64,000 bases of DNA. Origin: Pseudomonadota bacterium (GTDB lineage Bacteria > Myxococcota_A > UBA796 > JAFGLY01). Within the stretch, counting starts at the first letter, position 1. Every line of letters begins with the position of its first letter. The DNA lies in NCBI GenBank assembly GCA_043814015.1, contig JBDRKM010000267.1:8773-72772 (forward strand), given 5' to 3'. Shown here one piece after another: positions 27,969 to 36,642 of this stretch. The notes below the pieces were generated by a model, which saw only the letters and a program-made list of their open reading frames with translations, was not told the origin of the DNA and searched no databases. A program made the translations under genes and the position numbers.

Positions 27969-29087
27969 GTGAGCACACCGCCCCCCGCCATGCCCGGCAG
28001 CTACCAGGTCCTGGAGACCACCGGCATCTGCAACCTGGCCTGCGTCCACTGCGACCGCAGCGCCGTCCCGCACCCCAACCGCGACGAGCACGCCCACGGG
28101 GGCCCCTTCCTGGACCTCGACCTGACCCGCGCGCTGCTGGAGGACCTCGGCCAGGCCAGCGCGCGCTTCGACACCCTGATCCTCTTCTGGCTCGGCGAGC
28201 CCCTCCTGCACCCCCACTTCCCGAGCCTCTACCCCGCCCTGCTGCGGGCCAACGCGCGCTACCGCATCTTCGGCAAGATCGAGGTCCACACCAACGCCCT
28301 GGCCTTGAGCCCCACCATCGCGGCCGCCGCCCTCAACGAGGCCGACACCCCCCAGGTCTGGCACCTCACCCTGGACGCCGTACACCGCGACACCTACCGG
28401 AAGGTCAAGGGCCGCGATGCGCTGCGCGAGGTGGAGTCCAACGTCGAGCACCTCATCGCCCGCAAGGTCGCCCTGGGCGCCCGGTGGCCGCGCCTCGTGC
28501 TGCAGTTCATCGTCAGCGACCTCAACGTGGACGAGGTGGAGACCTTCCGCGCCCGCTGGGCCCGCGTCCTGGACCGCGCCGGTCTCTCGGTGGTCACCGC
28601 CGCGGGCCAGGTCCCCGCGGGCCCAGGCGATGAGGCGGTCATCTTCCTGCGCCAGCTCGACTGCCCAACCCCAGAGGAGCAAGGCCGTCAGAACGCCGTC
28701 TTCCGCGGCGCCGCCCAGGCCATGGGCCTCGCCCTCCCGCCCGAGGCCTGCCCCACCGAGCCCTCGACCGCCGCCAACCCCACGCCCTGCAGCGGCTTCT
28801 GGAAGAGCCCTGTGGTGCACTGGGACGGCGATGTCACCGTGTGCACGCGCGACTCCGGGCTGGCCATGCGCCTGGGCAACCTCCACCGCCAGCCGTTCTC
28901 CGAGATCTGGTGGGGGCCGCGGATCGAGGCCCTCCGGGCCCGCGTCGCGGCCGGCGACTACTCTGGCCTGCCCCTGTGTGACACATGTTTCATCCCGCGC
29001 TCCGCCAACTACACCGGCATCGACGCGGAGGAGATCACACGGCACGCCGCCTGGGCCCAGGCTCGGGGCGAGGAGGCGCGGCCATGA
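27969..29087 (+). CDS. Radical SAM enzyme with C-terminal SPASM/twitch-type auxiliary-cluster domain
   Basis: CNLACVHC is the CxxxCxxC motif. The C-terminal sequence CSGFWKSPVVHWDGDVTVCTRD...LPLCDTCF is Cys-rich and SPASM-like. An alternative ATG start lies at 27990. Confidence 0.8.
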   Translation: MSTPPPAMPGSYQVLETTGICNLACVHCDRSAVPHPNRDEHAHGGPFLDLDLTRALLEDLGQASARFDTLILFWLGEPLLHPHFPSLYPALLRANARYRIFGKIEVHTNALALSPTIAAAALNEADTPQVWHLTLDAVHRDTYRKVKGRDALREVESNVEHLIARKVALGARWPRLVLQFIVSDLNVDEVETFRARWARVLDRAGLSVVTAAGQVPAGPGDEAVIFLRQLDCPTPEEQGRQNAVFRGAAQAMGLALPPEACPTEPSTAANPTPCSGFWKSPVVHWDGDVTVCTRDSGLAMRLGNLHRQPFSEIWWGPRIEALRARVAAGDYSGLPLCDTCFIPRSANYTGIDAEEITRHAAWAQARGEEARP

Positions 29088-30076
29088 ACGAGCACCTGCG
29101 CGCCGCCCTCCGCGCCATCGCGGCGCGCGCCCACCTGGAGCCGGCCCCGGCGCCGCCCACCCAGGTGCACCTCTCGGTCACGGACCGCTGCAACTTCGCC
29201 TGTCGCCACTGCGCCATCCACAAGAAGCGCACCAGGGACCTCCCCACCGCCGACTGGCTGGCCTTCATCGACGCGGTGGGCGACTGGCTGGGGGGGGGCG
29301 GGATCAACTTCGCCGGGGGCGAGCCCCTGCTGCGCCGGGACCTCGAGCAGCTCATCGCACGCGCCGTGGCCCGCGGCTTCACCACCACCTTCAACACCAA
29401 CGGCTGGGACATGAGCCCCGCCCGCGCAGCCTCCATCGTCCAGAGCGGCGTGTCCATCGTCTATGTCTCGCTGGACGGCGCCACCGCCGCCACCGTGGAC
29501 TGGACCCGCGGCCGCCCCGGCGCCTTCGACCGCGCTCACGCCGCCATCGACGCCCTGCAGGCCGCCGGTTGCCCCCAGGTCATCGTGGCCACCGTCCTGC
29601 ACGGGCGCAACGCCCACGAGATCCCGGCGCTGCTGGACTTCGTCCGGGAGCGCGGGCTGCAGCTCGTGATACAACCCTTGTATCAGACCTTCGACGAGCC
29701 ATACGACCCGGGCTGGTATCACCGTTCAGAGCTATGGCCGCGGGATCTCTCCGCGATCGAGGCGGCCTTGGGCCTGCTGTCCGACACACGCCGCGCCTGG
29801 GGTCCGGTGTGCAACGCCAGCGCCCAGCTCGAGGGCATCCGGCGGTATTTCCGCGCTCCGGGCACCCACAACGGGCTGCCCTGCCGGGCGGGGCACACCG
29901 ATCTGGCCGTGGATCCCCAGGGCAACCTGCGGCTGTGCTTCATGCTCGATCCAATCGGCCGCATCGGCCCCCGCCCCGAGCGCGCCTGGGTGGGGCCGCG
30001 CGCGCTGCATCGCAGGTGGCAGGTGAGCCACTGCACGCGGCCCTGCAACCTGCTGAATTGCAATTTCTCGGTTTAA
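29084..30076 (+). CDS. Radical SAM enzyme with SPASM-like C-terminus (second of a coupled pair)
   Basis: ATGA overlap with the upstream rSAM gene. VTDRCNFACRHC is the CxxxCxxC motif, and GGEPLLR is also present. The C-terminal sequence CRAGHTDLAVDPQGNLRLCF...HCTRPCNLLNC supplies the extra Cys residues. Confidence 0.8.
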   Translation: MNEHLRAALRAIAARAHLEPAPAPPTQVHLSVTDRCNFACRHCAIHKKRTRDLPTADWLAFIDAVGDWLGGGGINFAGGEPLLRRDLEQLIARAVARGFTTTFNTNGWDMSPARAASIVQSGVSIVYVSLDGATAATVDWTRGRPGAFDRAHAAIDALQAAGCPQVIVATVLHGRNAHEIPALLDFVRERGLQLVIQPLYQTFDEPYDPGWYHRSELWPRDLSAIEAALGLLSDTRRAWGPVCNASAQLEGIRRYFRAPGTHNGLPCRAGHTDLAVDPQGNLRLCFMLDPIGRIGPRPERAWVGPRALHRRWQVSHCTRPCNLLNCNFSV

Positions 30077-30582
30077 TTCTCCATTATGCCTATTTTTCCT
30101 GTGTTTTGGGCAGTCAATACCCCTCAGCCCAGCCCTCGGAGACACACCGGGGACACACGGTGTCCCGATCCCGTTCGCCCGGCCGAGCCAGCGCACCGAT
30201 CGATACGGTAATCTCCGAGCCCCTTCTCAGCCTCCGGTTTGCACGATCGGTCACCGGCGGCCCAGAGCACGTGTCTGCGAATGTGTTGCAGCGTTGAATG
30301 CTGCTTCCATCGCCGACGAACGGCATGTATCGCAATGATCTGTCCTATTTTTCAGTTCAACAGATCACAGGCCGCCTCGTCCGCCGCAGCGCCCCAATAC
30401 GCGACACGTGAGGCGCCTCGAACGAGCGCCTCCCCCACGAACCAGACTGACTCACTCCGCGATCAACTGGAGCCCGAACTGGCGGACTTCCCCGAGGTCG
30501 CCGGCCAGGAGCCTCCGGAACTGCCCGTCCCCACCCCAGAGCCGCACTCCCTCGGGCAGACCCGAATAGACACTCGCCGGCG

Positions 30583-32148
30583 TCAGGCTCCGCGCAGGCG
30601 CAGGATCTTGTCGCCGATCTCGAGATCCTCCTCCCAGAGGCGCTGCTCCCAGGTGCGCCCCGCGCGCTGGTCGAACACGAGCAGCCAGCCCTCCCGAAGC
30701 CCCAGGGTGTCCAGGTAGCCCGCGAGCTGGTTGATGCCGTCCGACCGGACTTTCTCCAGGGTGCGATGCCGCGGGGGCACGCGCTTCAGCTCCACGACGT
30801 GGCGCTCGTTCCCCCAGGTCACGAGCAGATCGACGCGGCCGCGCGCAGCAGCGTACTCGCGGTAGACCGCGCCGCCCCCATTGACCACACGTTGCAGGAA
30901 ACCCATGAAGGCGAGGTGGGCGGCGGCCTCGCGATACCCCTCCTGCTCGGTTTCCACCAGGATCTCGGCGTTCTCGCGCCACCATTCCAAAAATGCCGCG
31001 ATGAGCGCGGGGAAGTCGAGCCCGCCCTGGGAGGTGCGCCAGGGCCACCAGGGCACCGGCAGCACGTCCTGGCGCCGCTGCGTGAGGGCCCGGGCCAGGA
31101 CCTCGCGGTAGAGCGGGTTGGCCACCTGGGGCCCCTCGGGCCCGGCGCGGACCAGCCCGAGGTCCTTGCAGTACTCGAAGTCGTCCGAAGACGGATCCAG
31201 GTCCAGCGAGCGGTCGCCCAGGAGGATCGACGCGAGGATGGGGGCGACCCTGGGCTCCTTGAGCCGCCATGCGAGGTTGTCGAGGTGGGTCGTGCGGGCA
31301 AGGATCAGCTCATCCTTGGCCCGATCCACATGGGCCGCAGTGATGACCGCGCCGTCCGGGACCATCCAGGTGGTGATCCGGTCGGCGATCGCGTTCACGA
31401 GGAAGGGTTGCCCCTCGGTCCACCACCAGGCACGCGCGATCGCCTCGGAGGAGAAGGCCTGGCCGGTCTCGGCGGTGTGCTGGGCGTATAGCTCCGCGAT
31501 CTCATCCTCGTCGAAGTTACGCAGGGTGAGCGAGGCGGCCTTGATGTTGAAGGGCGAACCCGGGTTGATGGGCACACCGTCCTTAGCCAGGGCGAGGTAG
31601 TCGCGCAGGTCCCGCATCCCCACGAGGGCGACGGAGGAGGGGTAGCCGTCGGGGCGGAGGGCGAAGCCGGAACGGAGCTGCCGCAGGAGGTTGACCATGG
31701 GCTGGCCGGAGACCACGTCGGCCTCGTCCAGCAGGAGCATCACTGCGCGTGGGGCCACGGACCGGCACCATCTTCGAAGCCACTCGGCGAGGCGCTCGCC
31801 CGAAGCCGCTCCTTCCACGTCGCGAGGTTGTGGAGGTTGGGCCTCGGGTTCGAGATCCTCGATCGCAGCCCTCCAGATCGCCTGGAGCCACTTCGGCTCG
31901 GCCTCCGCGATGTCCTTGTCCCCCTGGCTGGTCTCTAGGGTGGCGACCAGCGCGACGTGTCCGGCTCGCCGCAGCCGCGCCGCGAAGGCGCGCATGGTCG
32001 TGGTCTTTCCGGTCTGCCGGGCGGCGTGGAGCACGAAGTAGAGCTGCCGTTCGACGAAGTGATCGAGGTCGGGCAGCCGCCGCTCGGCGGGCAGCATGTA
32101 GTGGCGCGCGGGATCGCAGGGGCCGGTGGTGTTGAAGAAGCGGTGCAT
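30583..32148 (-). CDS. P-loop (AAA-type) ATPase fused to a C-terminal PD-(D/E)XK nuclease-like domain
   Basis: I prefer the start at the internal Met (cat at 32146-32148), giving MHRFFNTTGPCDPARHYMLP. The upstream 121 codons of the ORF are Arg/Pro/Gly junk. The Walker A motif is HAARQTGKTT and the Walker B-like motif is VMLLLDEAD. The C-terminal GRVDLLVTWGNERHVVELK fits the D...ExK nuclease motif. Confidence 0.7.
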   Translation of the reverse strand: MHRFFNTTGPCDPARHYMLPAERRLPDLDHFVERQLYFVLHAARQTGKTTTMRAFAARLRRAGHVALVATLETSQGDKDIAEAEPKWLQAIWRAAIEDLEPEAQPPQPRDVEGAASGERLAEWLRRWCRSVAPRAVMLLLDEADVVSGQPMVNLLRQLRSGFALRPDGYPSSVALVGMRDLRDYLALAKDGVPINPGSPFNIKAASLTLRNFDEDEIAELYAQHTAETGQAFSSEAIARAWWWTEGQPFLVNAIADRITTWMVPDGAVITAAHVDRAKDELILARTTHLDNLAWRLKEPRVAPILASILLGDRSLDLDPSSDDFEYCKDLGLVRAGPEGPQVANPLYREVLARALTQRRQDVLPVPWWPWRTSQGGLDFPALIAAFLEWWRENAEILVETEQEGYREAAAHLAFMGFLQRVVNGGGAVYREYAAARGRVDLLVTWGNERHVVELKRVPPRHRTLEKVRSDGINQLAGYLDTLGLREGWLLVFDQRAGRTWEQRLWEEDLEIGDKILRLRGA

Positions 32149-32462
32149 GGTGGCGCCGTATCCCGTCCGGCGAGGCCAAGCCTCCGCGGGTCGCGGTGGG
32201 GACCCGCGCCGGGCTGGAGGGGATGGGCATGGGTACGCCCGTGGGTGTCCCGGGCTTCGGGGGCGGAATCTCCAAAACCCGCCAACTCGCAGGCCACGCC
32301 GGACAACGACCTCCGCCCCGGCCTCTCCGGTGGCGCCCTGCGCGTCCACTACGAAAACCCAACCTCCCTTGCGCCCCGGCCAGGGCCTCGGGCGCCAACG
32401 CCAGGTGCCCCGCCTCGGCCACCACGCCCGCCCCCCGAGACGCACCGAGGACACACCGCCAG

Positions 32463-32512
32463 CCCCTGCAGGTCCCTGCAGGCCCTCGCGGGTCCTTACA
32501 GTTCCCTGCATG
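32463..32512. repeat. Five direct repeats of about 10-bp period, consensus (t)CCCTGCAGg, in the divergent control region
   Basis: Copies begin at 32464, 32474, 32483, 32494 and 32504. Two carry intact CTGCAG. One more cactgcagg lies at 32588-32596. The array is about 150 nt upstream of the SNF2 start. Confidence 0.6.
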
Positions 32513-32664
32513 AAAACCGCTTATCGAAAAGCCATTTTCAACCGTACGCCGACGCCGAGTGCGGTATCTCGGAGCGAGCTCGTCGTTCACTGCAGGCGAC
32601 CCGTGCTCCGCCCCGCGACGCCCCGGGATAGACAATCTGGTCCACCCCTCCCTGGCAGGAGCCC

Positions 32665-35526
32665 ATGGTCGTCGGCACAAACGGGCTCTGCCTCCACTGC
32701 GGGCGCGCGCTCGACAGGGCCGCCATGCGCGCCCATCTCGAGGCGCTCCCCCCGCACGCGGGAGAGGGGGCCATCCTCCTGCAGGTGCTGGAAGCGGGCG
32801 GGCGCTGGCTCTTCCTCGTCATCCGGTCCTATCTGCACCTGGAGGAGTTGGACGCCTTCCTGCGCTTCTGTTGGCCCGACCTGGGGCGCCGGCCGGGGGC
32901 GTTCCATGCCGGCCTGCGGTGCTACGCCGACGATGGCCCAGCCGCCAGGACGCGGACGGGCTCTCTCGGCGCGGAGCTGTCGCTCGTGCTCGCGCCCGGT
33001 GAGAGCTGCACCTTCGCGACCGGCACCCGCGCAGCCCCCGCTATCCGCATCGGCCGATTGCGGTGCACGCCCAGCCTGCCCCCGGGAGCCCGGGGGATGC
33101 TCCTGGCGCGCAGTGCTGGCCCCGCCCTGCCGGGGGAAGGCATGCCATGGCGCGGCCTCCCGGAGGATCGCGAGCAGGAACCCCGCGTGGCCCCTCCTCG
33201 GGAGCCGGCCGCCGTCCCGGCGCAGGCCGAGGCCAAGGTCCCGGAGCCCCCGCGGCGCCGACCCCCTCCCGCCGCGCCGCCCCCGCGGTCCGTTGAGCGC
33301 CCGCCACCGGCGCACCCTTCCCCGGCCACGCCGACGCAGCTCGCGACCCTGACGAGCCTGTTCCCGGTCCGGGGCCTGGCCGCGCTCCGCCACCCGGACA
33401 TCGCCGTGATCGCGTTCGCGGTCACGGGCCAGCGGGTCCTGACGGTCGAGGAGATCGGGCAGGCCGTGGCCCGGGTCGGGCTGCGGGTGGCCCCTGGGTT
33501 CTGGGATCTCCCCACCGCGGCGTTCGCGCGGGCCGGGACCGTCGGCGCCACGGGCGGACACCTGGCGCTCATCGCCAGGTCGACCGAGGCGGATCTCGAA
33601 CGCCTCATCTCGGAGGTCCGAGCCACTCCACCCCCGACCCGGGCCGCCCCACCGCGCCCGCGCCCGGGGCCCGGCCGCTCAGCGAGGCCTCCCGCGCCGG
33701 CCCCGAAGAAGCGCAAGACCGGCGCGGCGCGCAAGCCCGCCGGCAAGACCAGGAGCACGGCGGCCTCCGCCGAGGCGCCGCCCCCCATCGCCGTTCCCCC
33801 GCCGCCGCCCCTGGAGGTGGCCCCACCGCGCTGGGAGCCCATCGATCCGATTCCCCTGGCCGCGCTCCTCTCCGGTGCCCCACTGCCCGACGGCGACTTC
33901 ACGCACGCCCTCGAGGCCCACGCCCTCGCCGCGGCCGAGAGCTTCGAGGAGCTGCTGTCCCCCCCGGTGTTGCGAGGGGTCGATGCGCAGGCCTACCAGC
34001 TGGAGACCGTCCGCCGGGTCCTCAGGCAGTTCCGCGGACGCGCCCTGCTGGCCGACGAGGTGGGGCTGGGGAAGACGGTCGAAGCCATCATGGTGCTGCG
34101 CGAGTACCAGCTGCGCGGCATGGTCCGCCGGGCGCTCATTCTCGTCCCACCGGCGCTCGTGGGCCAGTGGGAGGAGGAGCTGCGCTCCAAGGCGGCGCTC
34201 GATCCCCGCGTCGCGGGTGACCTGGACGATTCGGGCGACTTCTGGCGCCAGGACGGCGTGATCCTGGCCTCGCAGGGGCTCGCCCGCCTGGCCCGCCACG
34301 CCACGGTCATCCAGGAACAGGCCTGGGACCTGGTCATCGTAGACGAGGCCCACCGTTTCAAGAACCGCGCCACCCTCGCCTGGAAGCTGATCGACGGGCT
34401 CAGGAGCCGCTTCCTCCTCGCGCTGACCGCGACCCCCGTCGAGACCGACCTGGAGGAGCTCTACAACCTCGTGACCCTGCTGCGACCGGGTCAGCTCGCG
34501 ACGCTCGCCGAATTCCGCCGCCGCCACGTGGACCGCAAGGATCCGACCGCCCCGCGCGACCCAGCGCTGCTGCGCGAGCGGCTCGCCGAGATCATGGTGC
34601 GCAACACCCGGGCCACCTGCGGGCTGGCGCTCCCCCCGCGCTACGTCACGACCGTGACCGTGCCCCCCGCGCCCGGCGAGCAGGCGCTCTACGCGGCGGT
34701 CCTCGACCTTTTCCGGCGCTTCCGCAAGGGACAGGCCACGCGGTTGGCCGACACCCTGCTGATCGAGGCCGGGTCGAGCCCGACCGCCGTGGCGGCGACC
34801 CTGCGGCGCGCCATCGCGGGCGATCAGCCCCCCGAGCTGGCCGAGGGGCTCCGGCAGCTCGAGCGATCCGCGGCCGCTGTGACAGCCTCGGCCAAGACGA
34901 CAGCCCTGGTCGATCTGCTGCGCGCCCACCGCGAGAAAGCGCTGGTGTTCACCCGTTTCCGGGAGACCCTCGACCACCTGGAGGCGACCGCGCGCGCCGC
35001 CGGGATTCCCACCGCGGTCGTCCACGGGGGCCTCGGTCGGGCCGCCAAACAGGAGGCCTTCCGCCGCTTCCGCGAGGAGGCCCTGCTCCTGCTCGCCACC
35101 GACGTGGGCAGCGAGGGGCAGAACCTGCAGTTCTGCCGTCTCCTGGTGAACTACGACCTGCCCTGGAACCCCATGCTGATCGAGCAGCGCATCGGGCGGC
35201 TGCACCGCTACGGCCAGACCGAGCCGGTCCACGTCTACAACCTCTGCGCCCAGGGCACGGTGGAGGAGCGCGTGCTGGACGTGCTCGACCGGCGCGTGCA
35301 TCTGTTCGAGCTGGTCGTGGGCGAGATGGATCTGGTGGTCGGCAACCTGGTGGAGCAGCAGGATTTGGAGGCACGCATCCTCTCCCTCTACGCGCAGAGC
35401 GACAGCGAAGAGGCGATCGCGGCGGGCTTCGACGCCATCGCCGAGGAGCTGGCGCGCGCCCGCGGCCAGTACGACAAGGTCCGGGCGCTCGACGAGGCCC
35501 TCTTCGGGGAGGACTTCGAGACATGA
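32665..35526 (+). CDS. SNF2-family (SF2) helicase/translocase with a roughly 435-aa non-helicase N-terminal extension
   Basis: Helicase motifs: LLADEVGLGKT (I), LVIVDEAHRFKN (II, DEAH), LLALTATPVETDLEELYNLVTLLRP (III), and LVNYDLPWNPMLIEQRIGRLHRYGQ (V/VI). The core starts near aa 440. Confidence 0.85.
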   Translation: MVVGTNGLCLHCGRALDRAAMRAHLEALPPHAGEGAILLQVLEAGGRWLFLVIRSYLHLEELDAFLRFCWPDLGRRPGAFHAGLRCYADDGPAARTRTGSLGAELSLVLAPGESCTFATGTRAAPAIRIGRLRCTPSLPPGARGMLLARSAGPALPGEGMPWRGLPEDREQEPRVAPPREPAAVPAQAEAKVPEPPRRRPPPAAPPPRSVERPPPAHPSPATPTQLATLTSLFPVRGLAALRHPDIAVIAFAVTGQRVLTVEEIGQAVARVGLRVAPGFWDLPTAAFARAGTVGATGGHLALIARSTEADLERLISEVRATPPPTRAAPPRPRPGPGRSARPPAPAPKKRKTGAARKPAGKTRSTAASAEAPPPIAVPPPPPLEVAPPRWEPIDPIPLAALLSGAPLPDGDFTHALEAHALAAAESFEELLSPPVLRGVDAQAYQLETVRRVLRQFRGRALLADEVGLGKTVEAIMVLREYQLRGMVRRALILVPPALVGQWEEELRSKAALDPRVAGDLDDSGDFWRQDGVILASQGLARLARHATVIQEQAWDLVIVDEAHRFKNRATLAWKLIDGLRSRFLLALTATPVETDLEELYNLVTLLRPGQLATLAEFRRRHVDRKDPTAPRDPALLRERLAEIMVRNTRATCGLALPPRYVTTVTVPPAPGEQALYAAVLDLFRRFRKGQATRLADTLLIEAGSSPTAVAATLRRAIAGDQPPELAEGLRQLERSAAAVTASAKTTALVDLLRAHREKALVFTRFRETLDHLEATARAAGIPTAVVHGGLGRAAKQEAFRRFREEALLLLATDVGSEGQNLQFCRLLVNYDLPWNPMLIEQRIGRLHRYGQTEPVHVYNLCAQGTVEERVLDVLDRRVHLFELVVGEMDLVVGNLVEQQDLEARILSLYAQSDSEEAIAAGFDAIAEELARARGQYDKVRALDEALFGEDFET

Positions 35527-36596
35527 GCGGCGCCGTCCCCCTGCCCGACCCGCTGCGCTTCACGGCCGCCGCCCTCGATCGGCTCGGCGGCGTGACCGAG
35601 CGCCGGGGCGACCAGCTCACGGTGCTGCTGCCTCAGGAAGCGGCCTGTTCCCTGGGGATCGCGGAGAGCGCCGATCTCACCGCCCACGGCGACGGCGGCA
35701 CCGTAGCCTGCGGCCTGGGCAGCCCCCTGCTGGAGGCCCTGGTGGAGCGCGGCCGACGCGGGGTGCCGGTCTGCCGCGGGCGCGTGGACATGCCGCCCGC
35801 CTCGCCGAGCTGGGCGCGCTCGCTGGCGGAGGGCTACCTCATCCGCAACGGTGTCTCGTCGCTCGCCAAGGTCGTGCTGCCGCGCGAGCCCACCTGGTAC
35901 CTGCAGGTCGCCTTCGCCTGGAGCCTGCAGGCTGACGAGCGCCACGAGGGGCTCGTCCTGGGCAGCGTCCACCTCGAGGACGGCGCACGCCCCGCGCGCG
36001 CGTTCCCGCTGTCGCCGCCCGATGTCCCCCAAGCGGCCCCCGACCCGGAGCCCCCGGCCTTCGACGCCACGCGGGCGGCGACCTGGATCGCGCGCCTGGG
36101 CCCAGCCCTGGTGGCCCCGGCGGTCGCCGACGTGCTGGCGCGCACCGCGCGACGGCAGGTGCGCGACCACGAGCGCATCGCCAACTACTACGCGGCGCTG
36201 GTGCGCGAGGCCTCGACCCCACGCCGCCGCGCCGCACCCGACGTCGTGGCGGCCAAGATCGCGCACCTGCTCACCGAGCGGGACAGCCGCCTCGCGGACC
36301 TCGGGCACCGCTACAGCGCCCGCATCCACATCCAGGTGGCCGGCGTCGCCTTCATCCCGGTCCCCGCCGTGCAGGTGACCCTGCTCGCCCGCCGTCGCAA
36401 GGGCGAGCGAACCCTCACGCTGCGGCTGCCCGCCGGTGCGAGGGCCCTGGACCACCTGCCCTGTGAGGCCTGCGGCGGTTGGTGCTCCGACCCCGCGCTC
36501 TGTGACGGGCGGCTCCACCTGCTCTGCGAAGCCTGCCTCCCCGTGACCACCGGGCGGCCGCGCTGTGGCGTATGCGAGCGGGAGAAGGGCCCGTAG
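35523..36596 (+). CDS. Uncharacterised protein with a C-terminal multi-Cys zinc-ribbon, translationally coupled to the SNF2 gene
   Basis: ATGA overlap at 35523-35526. 357 aa. The C-terminus LPCEACGGWCSDPALCDGRLHLLCEACLPVTTGRPRCGVCE contains three CxxC pairs plus two further Cys. I recognise no family. Confidence 0.6.
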   Translation: MSGAVPLPDPLRFTAAALDRLGGVTERRGDQLTVLLPQEAACSLGIAESADLTAHGDGGTVACGLGSPLLEALVERGRRGVPVCRGRVDMPPASPSWARSLAEGYLIRNGVSSLAKVVLPREPTWYLQVAFAWSLQADERHEGLVLGSVHLEDGARPARAFPLSPPDVPQAAPDPEPPAFDATRAATWIARLGPALVAPAVADVLARTARRQVRDHERIANYYAALVREASTPRRRAAPDVVAAKIAHLLTERDSRLADLGHRYSARIHIQVAGVAFIPVPAVQVTLLARRRKGERTLTLRLPAGARALDHLPCEACGGWCSDPALCDGRLHLLCEACLPVTTGRPRCGVCEREKGP

Positions 36597-36642
36597 CCGG
36601 GCGCGGCGCTTCCCGAGCCTCGAGGTCAGACCCGAAGGGCGG

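Noticed and set aside
30085-30210. 41-codon ORF (MPIFPVFWAVNTPQPSPRRHTGDTRCPDPV...) right after the second rSAM gene as a precursor peptide
   Set aside because: It has no RBS, no leader/core-like organisation and a single Cys. It spans the 30150-30166 hairpin. There is not enough evidence to call it.
32149-32511. Longer N-terminus (start at 32511) for the ATPase-nuclease gene
   Set aside because: The extra 121 codons are Arg/Pro/Gly/Trp-rich junk. By contrast, MHRFFNTTGPC... looks like a genuine protein N-terminus, followed about 45 aa later by the Walker A motif. The region more likely holds the divergent promoters.
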